Of a DNA stretch of 64,000 nt, positions 41,901 to 52,900 are shown in pieces. Every line of letters starts with the position of its first letter. Position 1 is the first letter of the stretch. The stretch is from Vicugna vicugna. Taxonomy: Eukaryota. Where the stretch lies: NCBI GenBank assembly GCA_013265495.1, contig MU058718.1, forward strand, positions 4,361,648-4,425,647, read 5' to 3'. A model generated the notes under the pieces. That model was not told the DNA's origin. It ran no database searches and was given only the letters and a program-made list of their open reading frames with translations. The translations under genes were made by a program, and so were the position numbers.

Positions 41901-43569
41901 TGACAACCCTCCTTGTTCCCACCTTCCTCCTTTGTGAGAAGTCCCATCCCCTCAATACTGCTGATTTTTACAAATAGGATTACGAATAAAGTAGTTCAGA
42001 CTGAAGACTAACAGGTTTATTTTTCTCCAAGGGAATTAATTATATTTTAATAAAGGTCACCACATACCGGTCCCCTTTCTCCTACCAAATACCCTCCTCT
42101 AAACACATACTCATTGGAGGCTGGGGAAAATATTCCAGATTCATTAGGATTGGCAAAAAGAAAAAATTCTGTGGTTAAACCAAATGAAGTAATCAGGATG
42201 GCTTTAGCAGTTTATCCCATCTATCTTTTGAGAGTCACCTAAAAAACGGTCAACTATGATCACATCAACAGTACCATAAGCTGTGCTCGCTTCGGCAGCA
42301 CATATACTAAAGTTGGAACAGTACCATAAGCTAAAAATCTATTACCGGAATCACAGAACAAGTCATGGAAGGCACGGGTGTAGTGTACTAAATTTTACAC
42401 AAACAGGGGCAGGGGGAAATCATTTTTAAAACCAAAAGGGACTAAAAAGAATAATTTTTAGTAGGAATAGATCAAAGCCAGCCCAGGGAATGAAATAAAA
42501 TAATTCTAGAATGTGGAGTGTTACTGGGAAACTCTTCAAGCAAAAGGGCAGGAGAACCAGCGAGCAAGGTTTAAATGGAAGACACCTGGGTAAGATTCCC
42601 TGCGAGAGGAAGAGAAGAAATGCGACTGAATGCTCTAAACTGGTAACTAACCACAATGTTTGTGATTGGGGGCGGGGGGGGTGTCAAAGAGCTGCACTCT
42701 GTAGTTAAAACGGTTGCTGTTGATTTTCTCGGTTATCAGTAGAGCGTTTCCATTTATTTTCTTAATAGGGGTTTCTTTTGAAAAATCTCAACCCTTTCTC
42801 CACTGAAACCAAAAGGAAAACAGCCCCGAAACGTTTAAACACTGGGCTGGCAGGTGCACAGGTGTGGCTGGGATCCTAACAGGACTCCTCAATAGCCTCA
42901 TTCAAGGCGTTTCGGAATTCTGACGGATTTTCCTGCACAGGGGTCACCCCAAGAGCGGGCCGCATAACCCCGGTTCCAGAGGGCAATGCGCTCCTAGGTA
43001 GGCCAGATAAAGCATACGAGTGACATCACGCACCGTTACCTCTTACACACTCCCAAGTCTTTCTATGTAAAACACATTTCCTCGTGATGCACGGCCCGAC
43101 GGGCCCTCCCCCGAAATAACGCTGGGAGGTCGGACCGGGCGCGCAGGGCGGCCGCGAGCTGCGCGGGGCTGGGGGAGAGGGGAGCGGGCTTTGTAAGCAA
43201 AAGGTCGGCGTGACAACTGCCCGGGAGCCTTGGGTCGGGCTCTGGAGACCCGTGGGACGGCTCCCACACTCGCCAGGGAAGGAACCCACGGGCGGAGTCG
43301 CGACGCGGGGGACGCGGGGGACGCCTCGGCGGCCGCTTGGCCTTCCCGCCCGGCCCTCCGCCCCGGCGCCGGGTAAGAGCCGCGCGACGCCCGCCGCCGC
43401 CCGGACACCCACTGACCTTGTAGCCGCCCCAGACGAACATGTGGCGCCCGTCGCTGACGGCTACGTGGCCGCTGCGCTCGGCGGGGCAGGCAAGCTCCGA
43501 GGACTCGTAGCCCTCGTAGGCCGGCCCCGGGAGGTCGTCCTCCCGCAGGTCTTCGTAGCCATCGGCCAT
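32791..43569 (-). CDS. KLHDC2: KLHDC2, kelch domain-containing protein 2 (CRL2 substrate receptor for di-Gly C-degrons); complete, 13 exons, 1221 nt = 406 aa + stop
   Basis: Exon lengths 153+80+118+116+82+84+81+59+110+73+88+53+124 = 1221. Protein runs MADGYEDLREDDLPGPAY...RFGSNNTSGS* with kelch GG/W motifs and a C-terminal BC-box (PKSLVRLSLEAV); matches recalled KLHDC2. Confidence 0.98.
33166..33218 (-). CDS. KLHDC2: KLHDC2 exon 12: AHSNEILIFSVQPKSLVR
   Basis: ttttag / gtaagt, 53 nt. Confidence 0.95.
33314..33401 (-). CDS. KLHDC2: KLHDC2 exon 11: LWHTACASDEGEVIVFGGCANNLLVHHRA
   Basis: atgtag / gtaagt, 88 nt. Confidence 0.95.
34434..34506 (-). CDS. KLHDC2: KLHDC2 exon 10: DAWTYCISKNEWIRFNHPYAEKPR
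   Basis: attcag / gtatga, 73 nt. Confidence 0.95.
34882..34991 (-). CDS. KLHDC2: KLHDC2 exon 9: IPQGICPVGRSWHSLTPVSSDHLFLFGGFTTDKQPLS
   Basis: tttcag / gtaagt, 110 nt. Confidence 0.95.
35411..35469 (-). CDS. KLHDC2: KLHDC2 exon 8: DARMNDLHYLNLDTWEWNEL
   Basis: ttttag / gtaggt, 59 nt; the upstream intron is only 73 nt. Confidence 0.95.
35543..35623 (-). CDS. KLHDC2: KLHDC2 exon 7: GKAPSPRAAHACATVGNKGFVFGGRYR
   Basis: tgctag / gtgagt, 81 nt. Confidence 0.95.
36152..36235 (-). CDS. KLHDC2: KLHDC2 exon 6: NSSHPRGWNDHVHILDTETFIWSQPVTT
   Basis: ctgtag / gtgagt, 84 nt. Confidence 0.95.
36414..36495 (-). CDS. KLHDC2: KLHDC2 exon 5: LIFFGGYGYLPEDKVLGTFEFDESSFW
   Basis: aacag / gtaagt, 82 nt. Confidence 0.95.
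36796..36911 (-). CDS. KLHDC2: KLHDC2 exon 4: FYMLDSRSTDRVLQWERIDCQGIPPSSKDKLGVWVYKNK
   Basis: tgacag / gtgagt, 116 nt. Confidence 0.95.
37447..37496. other. Assembly gap (50 N) in KLHDC2 intron 3
   Basis: Run of n characters. Confidence 0.99.
38587..38690 (+). mobile_element. tRNA-derived camelid SINE
   Basis: GCTCAGTCGTAGAGCACATGCTTAGCATGCATGAGGTCCTGGGCTCAATCCCCAGTACCTCC plus A-tail. Confidence 0.88.
38752..38816 (+). mobile_element. Internally deleted or truncated camelid SINE
   Basis: B-box half only, plus A-tail; 19-bp TSD TTACAACCAAAGCTGATTT. Confidence 0.85.
39016..39133 (-). CDS. KLHDC2: KLHDC2 exon 3: KKINTEGDVPPSMSGSCAVCVDRVLYLFGGHHSRGNTNK
   Basis: cctcag / gttagt, 118 nt. Confidence 0.95.
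40661..40740 (-). CDS. KLHDC2: KLHDC2 exon 2: SNQVRGLYDFYLPREELWIYNMETGRW
   Basis: ttttag / gtaact, 80 nt. Confidence 0.95.
42283..42319 (+). pseudogene. 3'-truncated (tailless) U6 snRNA retrocopy, U6 nt 1-37
   Basis: GTGCTCGCTTCGGCAGCACATATACTAAAgTTGGAAC is the U6 5' end with one substitution; flanked by the perfect 16-bp direct repeat AACAGTACCATAAGCT. Confidence 0.93.
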
Positions 43570-44430
43570 CTTGAGGCTGCACCGCGGTCCACAGCAATTC
43601 CCACACCCGCGAAGGGGGTGAAGACAAAGGAAAAAGAAGAAAGAATCGCACGGCGGCGCGAGGAGAGGAGGCGGCGGCGAAAGGCACGGCGTCAGGGCCG
43701 CTCCCTCGCCGCCCGCGCTCGCGTCCTCCCGGCCGCCTCAGCGGGGACGGCCTCTCGCCACCTGGGCGGGGGGCGGGGCGGGGGGCGGCGAGGGCGCAGG
43801 GCCCGGAGCGGGGCGGGCCGAGGTCCGCCTCAGCCCGGTGCGAGCTTCTAGCCTGTCCGCCCCGCCTCCTGCTCGCTTCTCGCCGCCGACGGCTCTTGTT
43901 TACGCCGCGGCCGGAACCGCCCGTTCCGCTGACGCCGCCCGCCGGGCTCCGGAAGCGTGGCCGACGCTCAGCGACCCCACCGCGGGGTCCTCCCGCCGCC
44001 GGGTCCTCCCGCCGCCGCCGTCCCGACGGTCCGACTCCGAGGCGCCTCGGTCTTCGCGAAAGTCCGGTCGCCGAAGCTAGAGGGACTTCCAAGCAAAAAA
44101 AGCTTCTTCCCGAGAAGGCCTTGTTCGATTGAGGAATGTTCTCAAACGGCCTGGAAGGAGGCAGTGAAATTGCTCACCTAGTAAGTTTCTGGTCTCGGGG
44201 TTTCCGAGTAGTGCCCTGTCTTCCCGAGGACACCGGGCAGGGGTCGGGGTCGGGGTTGGAGGTGGAGCCTCTCACCTCCCCCCTGGTCCAGCCGCGACCA
44301 CTCCGCAGCTTCCCTGAGGCGATCCCTGCGGGTGTGCACGGCAGGTGCCAGACTGCGTCCCGCCCTGTGTCCGCGGACCGGTTCAAGGCATCTCCCTCTC
44401 CACAGGCCCCTGTGGTCCAGCAGAAATCTT
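42940..44430 (-). promoter_or_regulatory. CpG island: KLHDC2 promoter, 5'UTR and first exon
   Basis: Abrupt, very GC- and CpG-rich segment in an AT-rich background. Contains multiple GGGGCGGGG GC boxes (43764-43790), ETS-type CCGGAAG (43949) and E2F-like TTCGCGAAA (about 44053). No ATG seen on - between 43570 and 44100. Confidence 0.9.
43417..43569 (-). CDS. KLHDC2: KLHDC2 exon 1 CDS: MADGYEDL...MFVWGGYK
   Basis: ATG in strong Kozak context (aagATGG); gtcagt donor. Confidence 0.96.
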
Positions 44431-44859
44431 AATTTAGTGCTGCATCTTCTTAGTGCTCCCAAACTGTTTCAGAAACCGTCACCACCCCAGGCCTTCAGGG
44501 AGGAGAGTGAATCCTATTCACAAACACACACTTTTTTCTTACATTTTTATATAATGCATTTAATTAAATTAGGTCAGGAGGAATTTGAGAGTTATTGTAT
44601 GTAATCTAAACGTGATTCCTCACCTGTAAAATAAGGTTAGACTAGACTACATCTGAATTCCCTAATCTAATGGTGCTTCTATACTTGGATGTGTTTGTGG
44701 AGATGCCTGTGCTTTACCCTCTCCCTTCCCCACCTTTTCGCTGGGAACACTATGTAGGAGTACTTTGAACAACGACAAAACGCTTTCCAAACTAAAATTT
44801 TCAGAACCTGAAATTCCTTCCCTAGCCACTGCTTGTGTGTTTACAGATTATCAAAATTC

Positions 44860-46455
44860 GTGATGTAGGTAAAAGCAGTACTTAGAAATGTATAGCATTG
44901 AGTGCATATATTAAAAAAGAAGATCTAAAATCAATCATCTAAGTTTCCATCTTGGGAAACTAGAAAAAGGGGAGTGAATTAAATCCAAAATAAGCAGAAT
45001 AAAAGCAATAACGAAATGATGAAAAGAAATGGAAACCAATGAAACTGAAAATCAATAGAGAAAAAGCAATAAAACCAAAAGCTGATTTTTTGAATAGATA
45101 ATGAAATCAATAAGCCTTTATTCAGGCTAAGAAAAAAAGACACAAATTACTAGTAGAAATGAAACAGGGAACATCACTACAGATCCCATGGACATTAAAA
45201 GGATAATAAATATTATGAACAATTCTATGCCCACATATCTGATAAGTTAGGTGAAATGTACCAAGTCACTGAAAGACACAATCTGCCAAATCTCATATAA
45301 CAAGAAATAGATAATCTGAATAGGCCTATATCTACTAAAGAAATCGAATCAATAATAACCTTCCAGAACAGAAAGCAGCAGGCGCAGATGGGGCCACTGG
45401 TAAATTCTAACATTTAAGGAATAAATTATACCAATTTTCTACAATCTCTTTTAGAAGACAGAAGCAGAGAGAATACCTCCTAACTCATTTTGAGGCCAAC
45501 ATTACCCAAATACCAAAACCAAAGACATCACAAGAAAACAATAGACCAGTATCTCTCATGAACATAAATGCAAAGATGCTCAACAAATTATTAGCAAATC
45601 AAATACAAAAAAATTTAAAAAGAATTATACACTGTGACCAAGTGGGACTTATCCCAGGTATGCAAGGTTGGTCAACATTCAAAAATCAACCTATGTAATC
45701 CATCATATCGACAAGCTAAAAAAGAAAAAAAAAATCACATGAACATATTAATAGATGCAGAAAAAGCATTTAACAACATCTGACACCTATTCATGATTTA
45801 AAAAAAAAACTCAGCAAACAAGAATAGAGAGGAACATCCTTAATTTGATAAGGAACATCTACAAAAAACCTACAGTCACTATTGTCCTTAATGATGAGAA
45901 ACTAGAGTCTTCCTTACTAAGATCAGGAGCAAGGGAAGGATGTCCCTCTCTCACTACTACTTTTCAACATACTACTGGATGTCCTAGCTAATACATTAAG
46001 ACAAGAGGAGGAAATTAAAGTTGGGAAGAAACAAACAAAACCACCTTTGTTCATGATTATCTATGTAGAAAATTGTAAAAAATGGCTGTGATACATCCAG
46101 ACGATGGAGTATTATTCAGTGCTGAAAAGAAATGAGCCATCTTTTCAAGCCATGAAAAAACATGGAGGAAACAAACGCATATTACTAATGAAATAAGCCA
46201 ATCTGAAAAGGGCACACGCTATATAATTCCAACTATATAACACTGTGGAAAAGGCAAAACTATAGAGACAATAAAATATCCATGGTTGCCATGGTTTAGA
46301 GGGGAAGGAGGAATGACGGGGCAGGACACATGGGATTTTTAGGGAAGTGAAACTATTTTGTATAAAGGTGGACACAGGTTAGTATACATTTGTCTAAGCC
46401 CATAAAAAGTACACCACCAAAAATGAACCCTAATGTAAACTGTGGATTTCAGGTG
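44860..46455 (+). mobile_element. Old LINE-1 (ORF2 fragment joined to an L1MC-like 3' region)
   Basis: GACCAAGTGGGACTTATCCCAGGTATGCAAGGTTGG and ATAGATGCAGAAAAAGCATTT (RT region); ...GAACCCTAATGTAAACTGTGG. Confidence 0.85.
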
Positions 46456-46654
46456 TGTCTTAGCTTAGGCCGCTATATCAAAATACCATAAACTGAACGG
46501 CTTAAACAACAGATATTTATTTCTCACAGTTCTGGAGGCTGGGAAGTCCAAGATCATGTGCTGACAGATTTGGTTCTTAGTGAGGGCCCTCTTCCTGCCT
46601 TGCAGATGCCTTCTCACTGCATCTTCATGAGTTGGGGAGAGCAAGAGTGAGAGA

Positions 46655-46700
<46 letters not shown>

Positions 46701-46884
46701 GCGAGCAATCTGGACTCTTCCTCTTCCTATAAGGACATTAATCCCATCATTGGGTCCCCACCCTCATGACCTCATCTAAATCTAATTACCTCTCAAAATA
46801 CCTCACCTCCAAAGACCATCACATTGGAGATTAGGGTTTCAACACACGAATTCTGTGGGAATATAAACATTCAGTCCATTATAC
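46456..46884 (-). mobile_element. MLT1 (ERVL-MaLR) solo LTR with an internal (GA)n/(GAGC)n microsatellite
   Basis: TTTATTTCTCACAGTTCTGGAGGCTGGGAAGTCCAAGATC...CATTCAGTCCAT; microsatellite at about 46645-46706. Confidence 0.85.
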
Positions 46885-48011
46885 CAAAAAATAAAAGTTC
46901 TTGCTGTACCCACATGCTGGACTGTATGGTAATTTCATCAAACCGGAAATTCCAATAGAATCACATTAATACAATGGGAAAACAGGCACCAAAAAAAAAA
47001 GGTAGGCAGGGGTATTATTTGTTTCTTAAAACTACTTCTTTTCCTTTGAAATGTTCTGCAATCACAATTTTAATTTGTCAGACAGTATATACTTCCTTGA
47101 AAATTGTTCTATTTTAGTGAGTTTATAATTATTTCTTTCTCACACATACATACATATAAATGTGTTTTGGTGAAAACATCGCTTTGTTCCTGGGCCGACA
47201 GTATGAAGTGCTAAAGAATATTTTAAAGTTTCTATCAAAAGAATAATAATTTTTTAAAGGTGTTTATGCAAAGATACTATTTGGAAAAAATGGACACTAA
47301 CTTTGATACGCTATTTACTATTATCATTCGAAAAATGGTAATACCTCAGAAAAATCCTTGCTGACAATTGGAAGGATATCCTGATAGACATAATAAAGAT
47401 GGCCAGAAATTCTTTTTCCTTGAAAACCAGACTGGAAACCTATTTTGTGAACCACCTGGAAAAAGAAGAGTCAACCCTCTAGAGTCATCTTTCAAATAGA
47501 GAACCAGTAAAGGAGAGTTCAGAGATACAGTTATGAGTCTGTTGTTGCCTTGGGCTCCCATACACGGCACAGGTCAGCAGCACAAAAGTTGATAGTAAAC
47601 CATCAGTGGTAAGAAATCAGGAAGGAATACTGCTTCACTGGGATCTTCAAAACTGGCTTTGCCAGCTCATAGAGTTTCTACATCTTCTAAGAGCAGGGAA
47701 GCGCTGGTTTAAGCCAAGTTTTAGAAACTGAACATCAGATCAGAATTCCCTGCCACTCGTATTATGGGGATATCTCAGGACATACAACTTGTTGAAGTAG
47801 CACAATATATTAAGACAAATAAGAACAGCACCAGTTTTATGTGCCATAAATAATGTATAGCTTTTCATTCTCTTGAAGCCTAAATGAAAGTGTGCATTTT
47901 GAGGGGGCTAATTCAACTTCTAAGTAAACCATTTAAAAACAGAAATGCTTTTCAAAGAGGCTAGAGGAGGCATTCACATAATCCAGAAGCCATTTTAAAG
48001 TTTCATTCCAT

Positions 48012-48199
48012 GGTATAGCACAGGGAAATATATTCAAGATCTTCTAGTAGCTCACGGTGAAAAAGAATATGAAAATTAATACATGTATGTTCATGTATGA
48101 CTGAAAAATTGTGCTGTACACCAGAAACTGACACAACATTGTAAACTGACTACAACTCAATTAAAAAAAAAAAAAGAATTAAACCCCAGAAAAAAAAAT
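48012..48199 (+). mobile_element. Young camelid L1 3' end (5'-truncated)
   Basis: Similar to the 20131 copy; 12-bp TSD GTTTCATTCCAT at 48000 and 48200. Confidence 0.88.
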
Positions 48200-49805
48200 G
48201 TTTCATTCCATTCAAAGTCATCTATCACGAATAGGCTGTGATTTTTTTCCCCTTAAATACAGACTGCTGATACAGATGTTCATAGTAACAAAATAATTAC
48301 TTTTAAGATGTATATTACCTGTGAGATTCACTTTCTAAATCTGTTATTCAGCCTAAAAATAGTAAGAAAAAAATTAAAACTTACACTGAAATATTGTTTA
48401 CACAATCAAGTCTAATGACTGGTTCACACTAACAAAACTAGGAAAATAGTAATTCTATGTAGTTTGTATAATAAATAAAATGTAAACACAAGATATTTCA
48501 ATACATAAATAGAAGATTTACACATCCAAAATACAGAACAGATATATAAAATATATCTCTAAAATTTAATGGTACTACAAACTACTGTAATTTTCATTAT
48601 AAATTACACATCTATTTCAATATAGAAATATATTTACTGTAACATTTTAAATTTCAGAGACAACTTGCATGGTGGATTGTAGAGAGTAATTTTATATACC
48701 AAGCTTTTTAGTAATTCATTGTTATAAGTAATTCAGTGGAAGGGTATGACTATGATAAATGAACAATTTCTTAATTATGGCAAAAGTACTATTTCAAGGA
48801 AAATTAAATAAATACTTGTGTTCCATTCCTTCTAGGCAGTGAAAACTGAAAACAAATGAGAAGATAACATATTTTGAATATCCTGGGTCTTCTGCACCAA
48901 CTCTGCAGGATGGTGTGGGCCAAACAGAGGGTTTCTAGAAATGCAAATTACTAGGTGATCATCCCATTTCATAATTTATGAAAATTACTTTAGAAGCACT
49001 CCTCCAAGGCAAAATGTATTTTAATGTGTCTCAAAATTTAATAAACATATTGCCTCTCAATATTTCAAAGCCAGTGTGAATAAATAAATCTCCACTTTAG
49101 ACATTTTAAAACATGGTCTTTATGTACCTATAAAACTGGACAAACTAGTAACTTAGGGGTAACAGAAAGACAACTGAAGACATTTATTCCCCAACTCAAA
49201 TACATGTGAGGAAAAGTTGCAATGATGCTTAAGAATACTTTACTAGGTAAGTGCTAAAAGGGCAGAAGTTCAAAATCTAATACCATAGCAGTGTTTCCCT
49301 ATTTTATCATTTTGGCCAACTATATTAGTAATTTAAGGAGAAGTTATTTAAACAACTGAGTTATTTAATGGAAAGGTTTAAGTAATTGTAAAGTGACAAG
49401 AAAAATCTATTCTTTCTGAAAGTTGATATGAAATGTTTGCATATATATCTCTATCATTGTGTTGGGGGATTCCTAAAGTCCTTGGGAGTAATTTCTTATT
49501 CTCTACAAGTCTGTATAATCTTTCCAGTAAAGAGGACACAGTGAGTTAAAGTCCCATACAGTTGTACTGACTTTCAGAAACTATATTTTTTTTCTGCAGC
49601 TGATAAGGAAATTAATTTACAAATATAAATATAAATTAATCTGCCATTAACATCTTCTTCCTATATATCTCATGCCATATAATCACTTTAACATAGACTT
49701 TTTGTTTCAAATTTTATCTTCTGAATAAAGCCTCCAATTTAGGGGGTAAACATACAGTCTGATTAAAATGTTTAAACATATTAAATATACAGAGTACATT
49801 ACAAC

Positions 49806-49992
49806 TTAATCGCTACTGATCCACTGACATTTCTTTTCTTTTTCTTCTTTTTGAGCTCTTTGTTCTTCTCGGTGATTAGCTGCAGTCCAAAATGTTATTT
49901 TTTTGAGTACTTGTTGGAGAAGTTTAGGAGGTAATAGAGATATCTGACTTTCTAAAATTATAGCATTTTTACCAATGCAGTCAAGGCATGAC
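49806..49992 (-). CDS. KLHDC1: KLHDC1 last coding exon: SCLDCIGKNAIILESQISLLPPKLL...CQWISSD*
   Basis: ttatag acceptor; TAA at 49808-49806. Confidence 0.95.
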
Positions 49993-52900
49993 CTATAAAC
50001 AAAACATAACAGAATTACTTGTTTTTGAACTTGAAGTTATAATATAAAATATTTTTAGGTAAGTATTATAAAAAAATTAAAACCATTATAAAAATTTTAC
50101 ATAATTATGTACTTCCTTTGCATTGTTTGGAACATGACAGGATATGTTATTTCCAGAACACTACAGTAACTGTATATTTTTATAGCATAGAGACTGTATC
50201 TGACCAAAATTGTTATAACTCACTATGCTTAATATTCTTTAAGTAAAAAAGATTCAGACTTAATTTCTAATCAAGTTAATCTATAACAGACCCTTTTCAC
50301 TCCTCCTTCCAGCCCAATAACCATTTACTCCTGTCTGCAAACTGTCACCCCAAGATGCAGCATCAAACATCAATTTTATACCACGTGACCCAGCCCTCCC
50401 CCTCCCCCCTCCATAAACAACTGCCCTGGGTTGCCCACTCGACCTCCGTGGACCCAGAGAGAGCTGATCTGAAGAGGGGGATGGAACAGTGACACAGCAC
50501 AAGCCAGCAAGAGCCCACTACGGTTCTCCCTTTCTGGGGACCAGGGTTCACTTTCCCCCAAGTCTCCTAGAGAGCAGTGTCCTTCCAAATATAGTTCGTT
50601 TTTATCCAAAGCTACTCTGAAGAGGGTTCTGTCCTCTCCAAACCAAAAGAAACTTGATTATGATAAAAACTATCCCCCCAAAAAGCATCTATTTCAACCG
50701 ATAAACTTTAATTCAAAAAGGTAAGTAAATCTTTTTTCAAAGTATTAAAAACAGGATCATTTGATTCTGCTGTGGTTAACCTGAGTTGCCATTTTTGCCA
50801 GGATTTTACACTCTAGAGATTTATATCTTCTTCCCTATTTTCTGATGCCTTTTCTTTCTATTCTGTGAAATTCTAAGTAAGAAGTAAGACTGAAAATGTT
50901 CCACATATAGAAGTACGAGAAAATAAAATGAATCTTGTATCTGGTGTAAACTTAACTCTGCTGCTGTGGTGACATGACAGGTCCCAGTGTGCCCTACATA
51001 CTAGGTACCATCTTAAAAATAGGAAACTCAACACTGAGAAAAAGTCTATTTCAACCTTCAAGGAGATTACAATTTAGTGAAGAAGATAAACAGTTAACAA
51101 TAAAGTATTATAAATGTTGTGATGGGGATAAAATGAAATTCCCACAACAGGTATAGGGTTCTATAGAATCAGAAAGAATAACCAAGACAACTTTAGCAAG
51201 TCAGGGGAAACTTCCAGATGGAAGTTTCAGGCTGAGATCGAGAGTCTCGAACAATTAAATAAACTAAGGCTTTCCAGACAGAGGAACCATAGCTGCAAAG
51301 CCCTAGAGATGGGAAATACGATTTAGTACAGAAACTGCAATTCAGAGGTTCAAATATAGCTGGAGGGCAGAGTGTGAGAGTGGGGGCAGGGCAAGAAATG
51401 ACGTAGAAAGGGGAGGGGGGTCCTGGACACCACACTTAGGAATCTGCAGCTTGTCTAAGGGTAGTAGGAGCCACTGGAGAGTTACCACAAAACAAAATGT
51501 GATTTGATCCATCAATATTCCTTCTAGGAATTTCTCCTGAGGAGATAGCAGGTTTTCCAAAGGAAAATATGAGAGTATCACATACATAATTTTTATAATA
51601 GTCAAAAATTGTAGATATCTTGAATATGTATCAAGACTAGCAAATAAATTGCACTTATATGAAATAGAATACTATATAGCTATTACAAACAGAAATATAG
51701 ATCTATTATGCTGAATGATTGTATATATTGACATGAAAGATAATCCATAATAGGAGTTTTAAAGGCAGATTAGAAACAACATGCATAATTTGACCCTTTA
51801 TACACACACACACACACACACACATATACTGCTCTCACTAAGACCAGTGACCTCTCAGCATGGTAAATGTTTTTCATTTTAAAGTCTGGAAGGATACCTT
51901 TCAAACTTTTTACAATGTCAGACTCACAATGATCATTGTGGGTGATGGTTCCTAGGTAATTTTTTTTTTACCACATACTTTCATAATGTGTGAATTTTGT
52001 TAGTAAATATATCTTATTTTTATGGGAATAAATCATACATATATCCATCCATCCAAAGTTATGATAAGCATGCTCCCACAAGTACATTAGATTATATAAA
52101 TTCTTTGAGGAGTCATATCCTATTCATCTTTATTTTTTTCAGTGTCTCAGTACAGTAAGTGCTAAATGCCTTCTGACTTTAAATTTAAAATAGAATCATC
52201 ACACTGGTTGCACTGTAGACAACTGGTTGTGGCAAACACGCCTCACACAATAAATACCACTAAATTCCTGCTGGATTCAAGTATCAAAATATGCTCAGCA
52301 TCCCAAGGGCACATAGCCCTTTGCAGAAGCATGGTACCAGGTGCCAAGGGCGACACTATGCAGCCTGACTGACTGCTGCCCTGAGCCCCCGCCTCAAAGC
52401 CAGGCTCATCCACCATCTGCTTCCTCTCATTTCTGTCCTGGTTCATCTTCCCCATCACTGCTTATCTTCCCTTCCAAACCTCTCCTTTGTCTACAACACC
52501 TGTGCTTCCTCTGACTTTCTGTCGTTGCATTGATTGAAATCTAAGAAAATTTCTTTGTGTGCAGTCTTATTGAGAAAAGAGGACACATTAACCCTCATCT
52601 CCGTTTTCACAGTCATGGAGCCAATACCAGTACGCCTTCTCCTGACTCCTCACTGCGGCCTCCAGGCTGCTATCACTTCCCCCTGCGGTGCTGCCATCTA
52701 TGAGCCTCCCCTTCCTTCTCCGCTGTCGTTGTCGTGAGGACTTTGGCCCTGGACTCAACAGTCTTGTCTCTTGACTGACTTCAGCATCTGTTCCACCCCT
52801 GAATTCCATATTCTCCTCTTGGATCATAAGCCTGTATCCTTCTCATTCTTACATCCCCATGACTCCTTTTATTGTTCCCGGTTCTTCAACTAGGACCCCT

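Noticed and set aside
43043..44092. 349-aa ORF on -, plus the other long overlapping ORFs in 43026-44604
   Set aside because: Mostly non-ATG starts and Arg/Gly/Pro/Ala-rich low-complexity translations. They reflect stop-codon scarcity in the CpG island; only 43417-43569 is a supported coding exon.
47346..47720. Non-repeat-looking intergenic stretch with short ORFs between the KLHDC1 3' end and the KLHDC2 promoter
   Set aside because: The frames I translated give no recognisable protein and contain frequent stops; I cannot support a pseudogene or exon call
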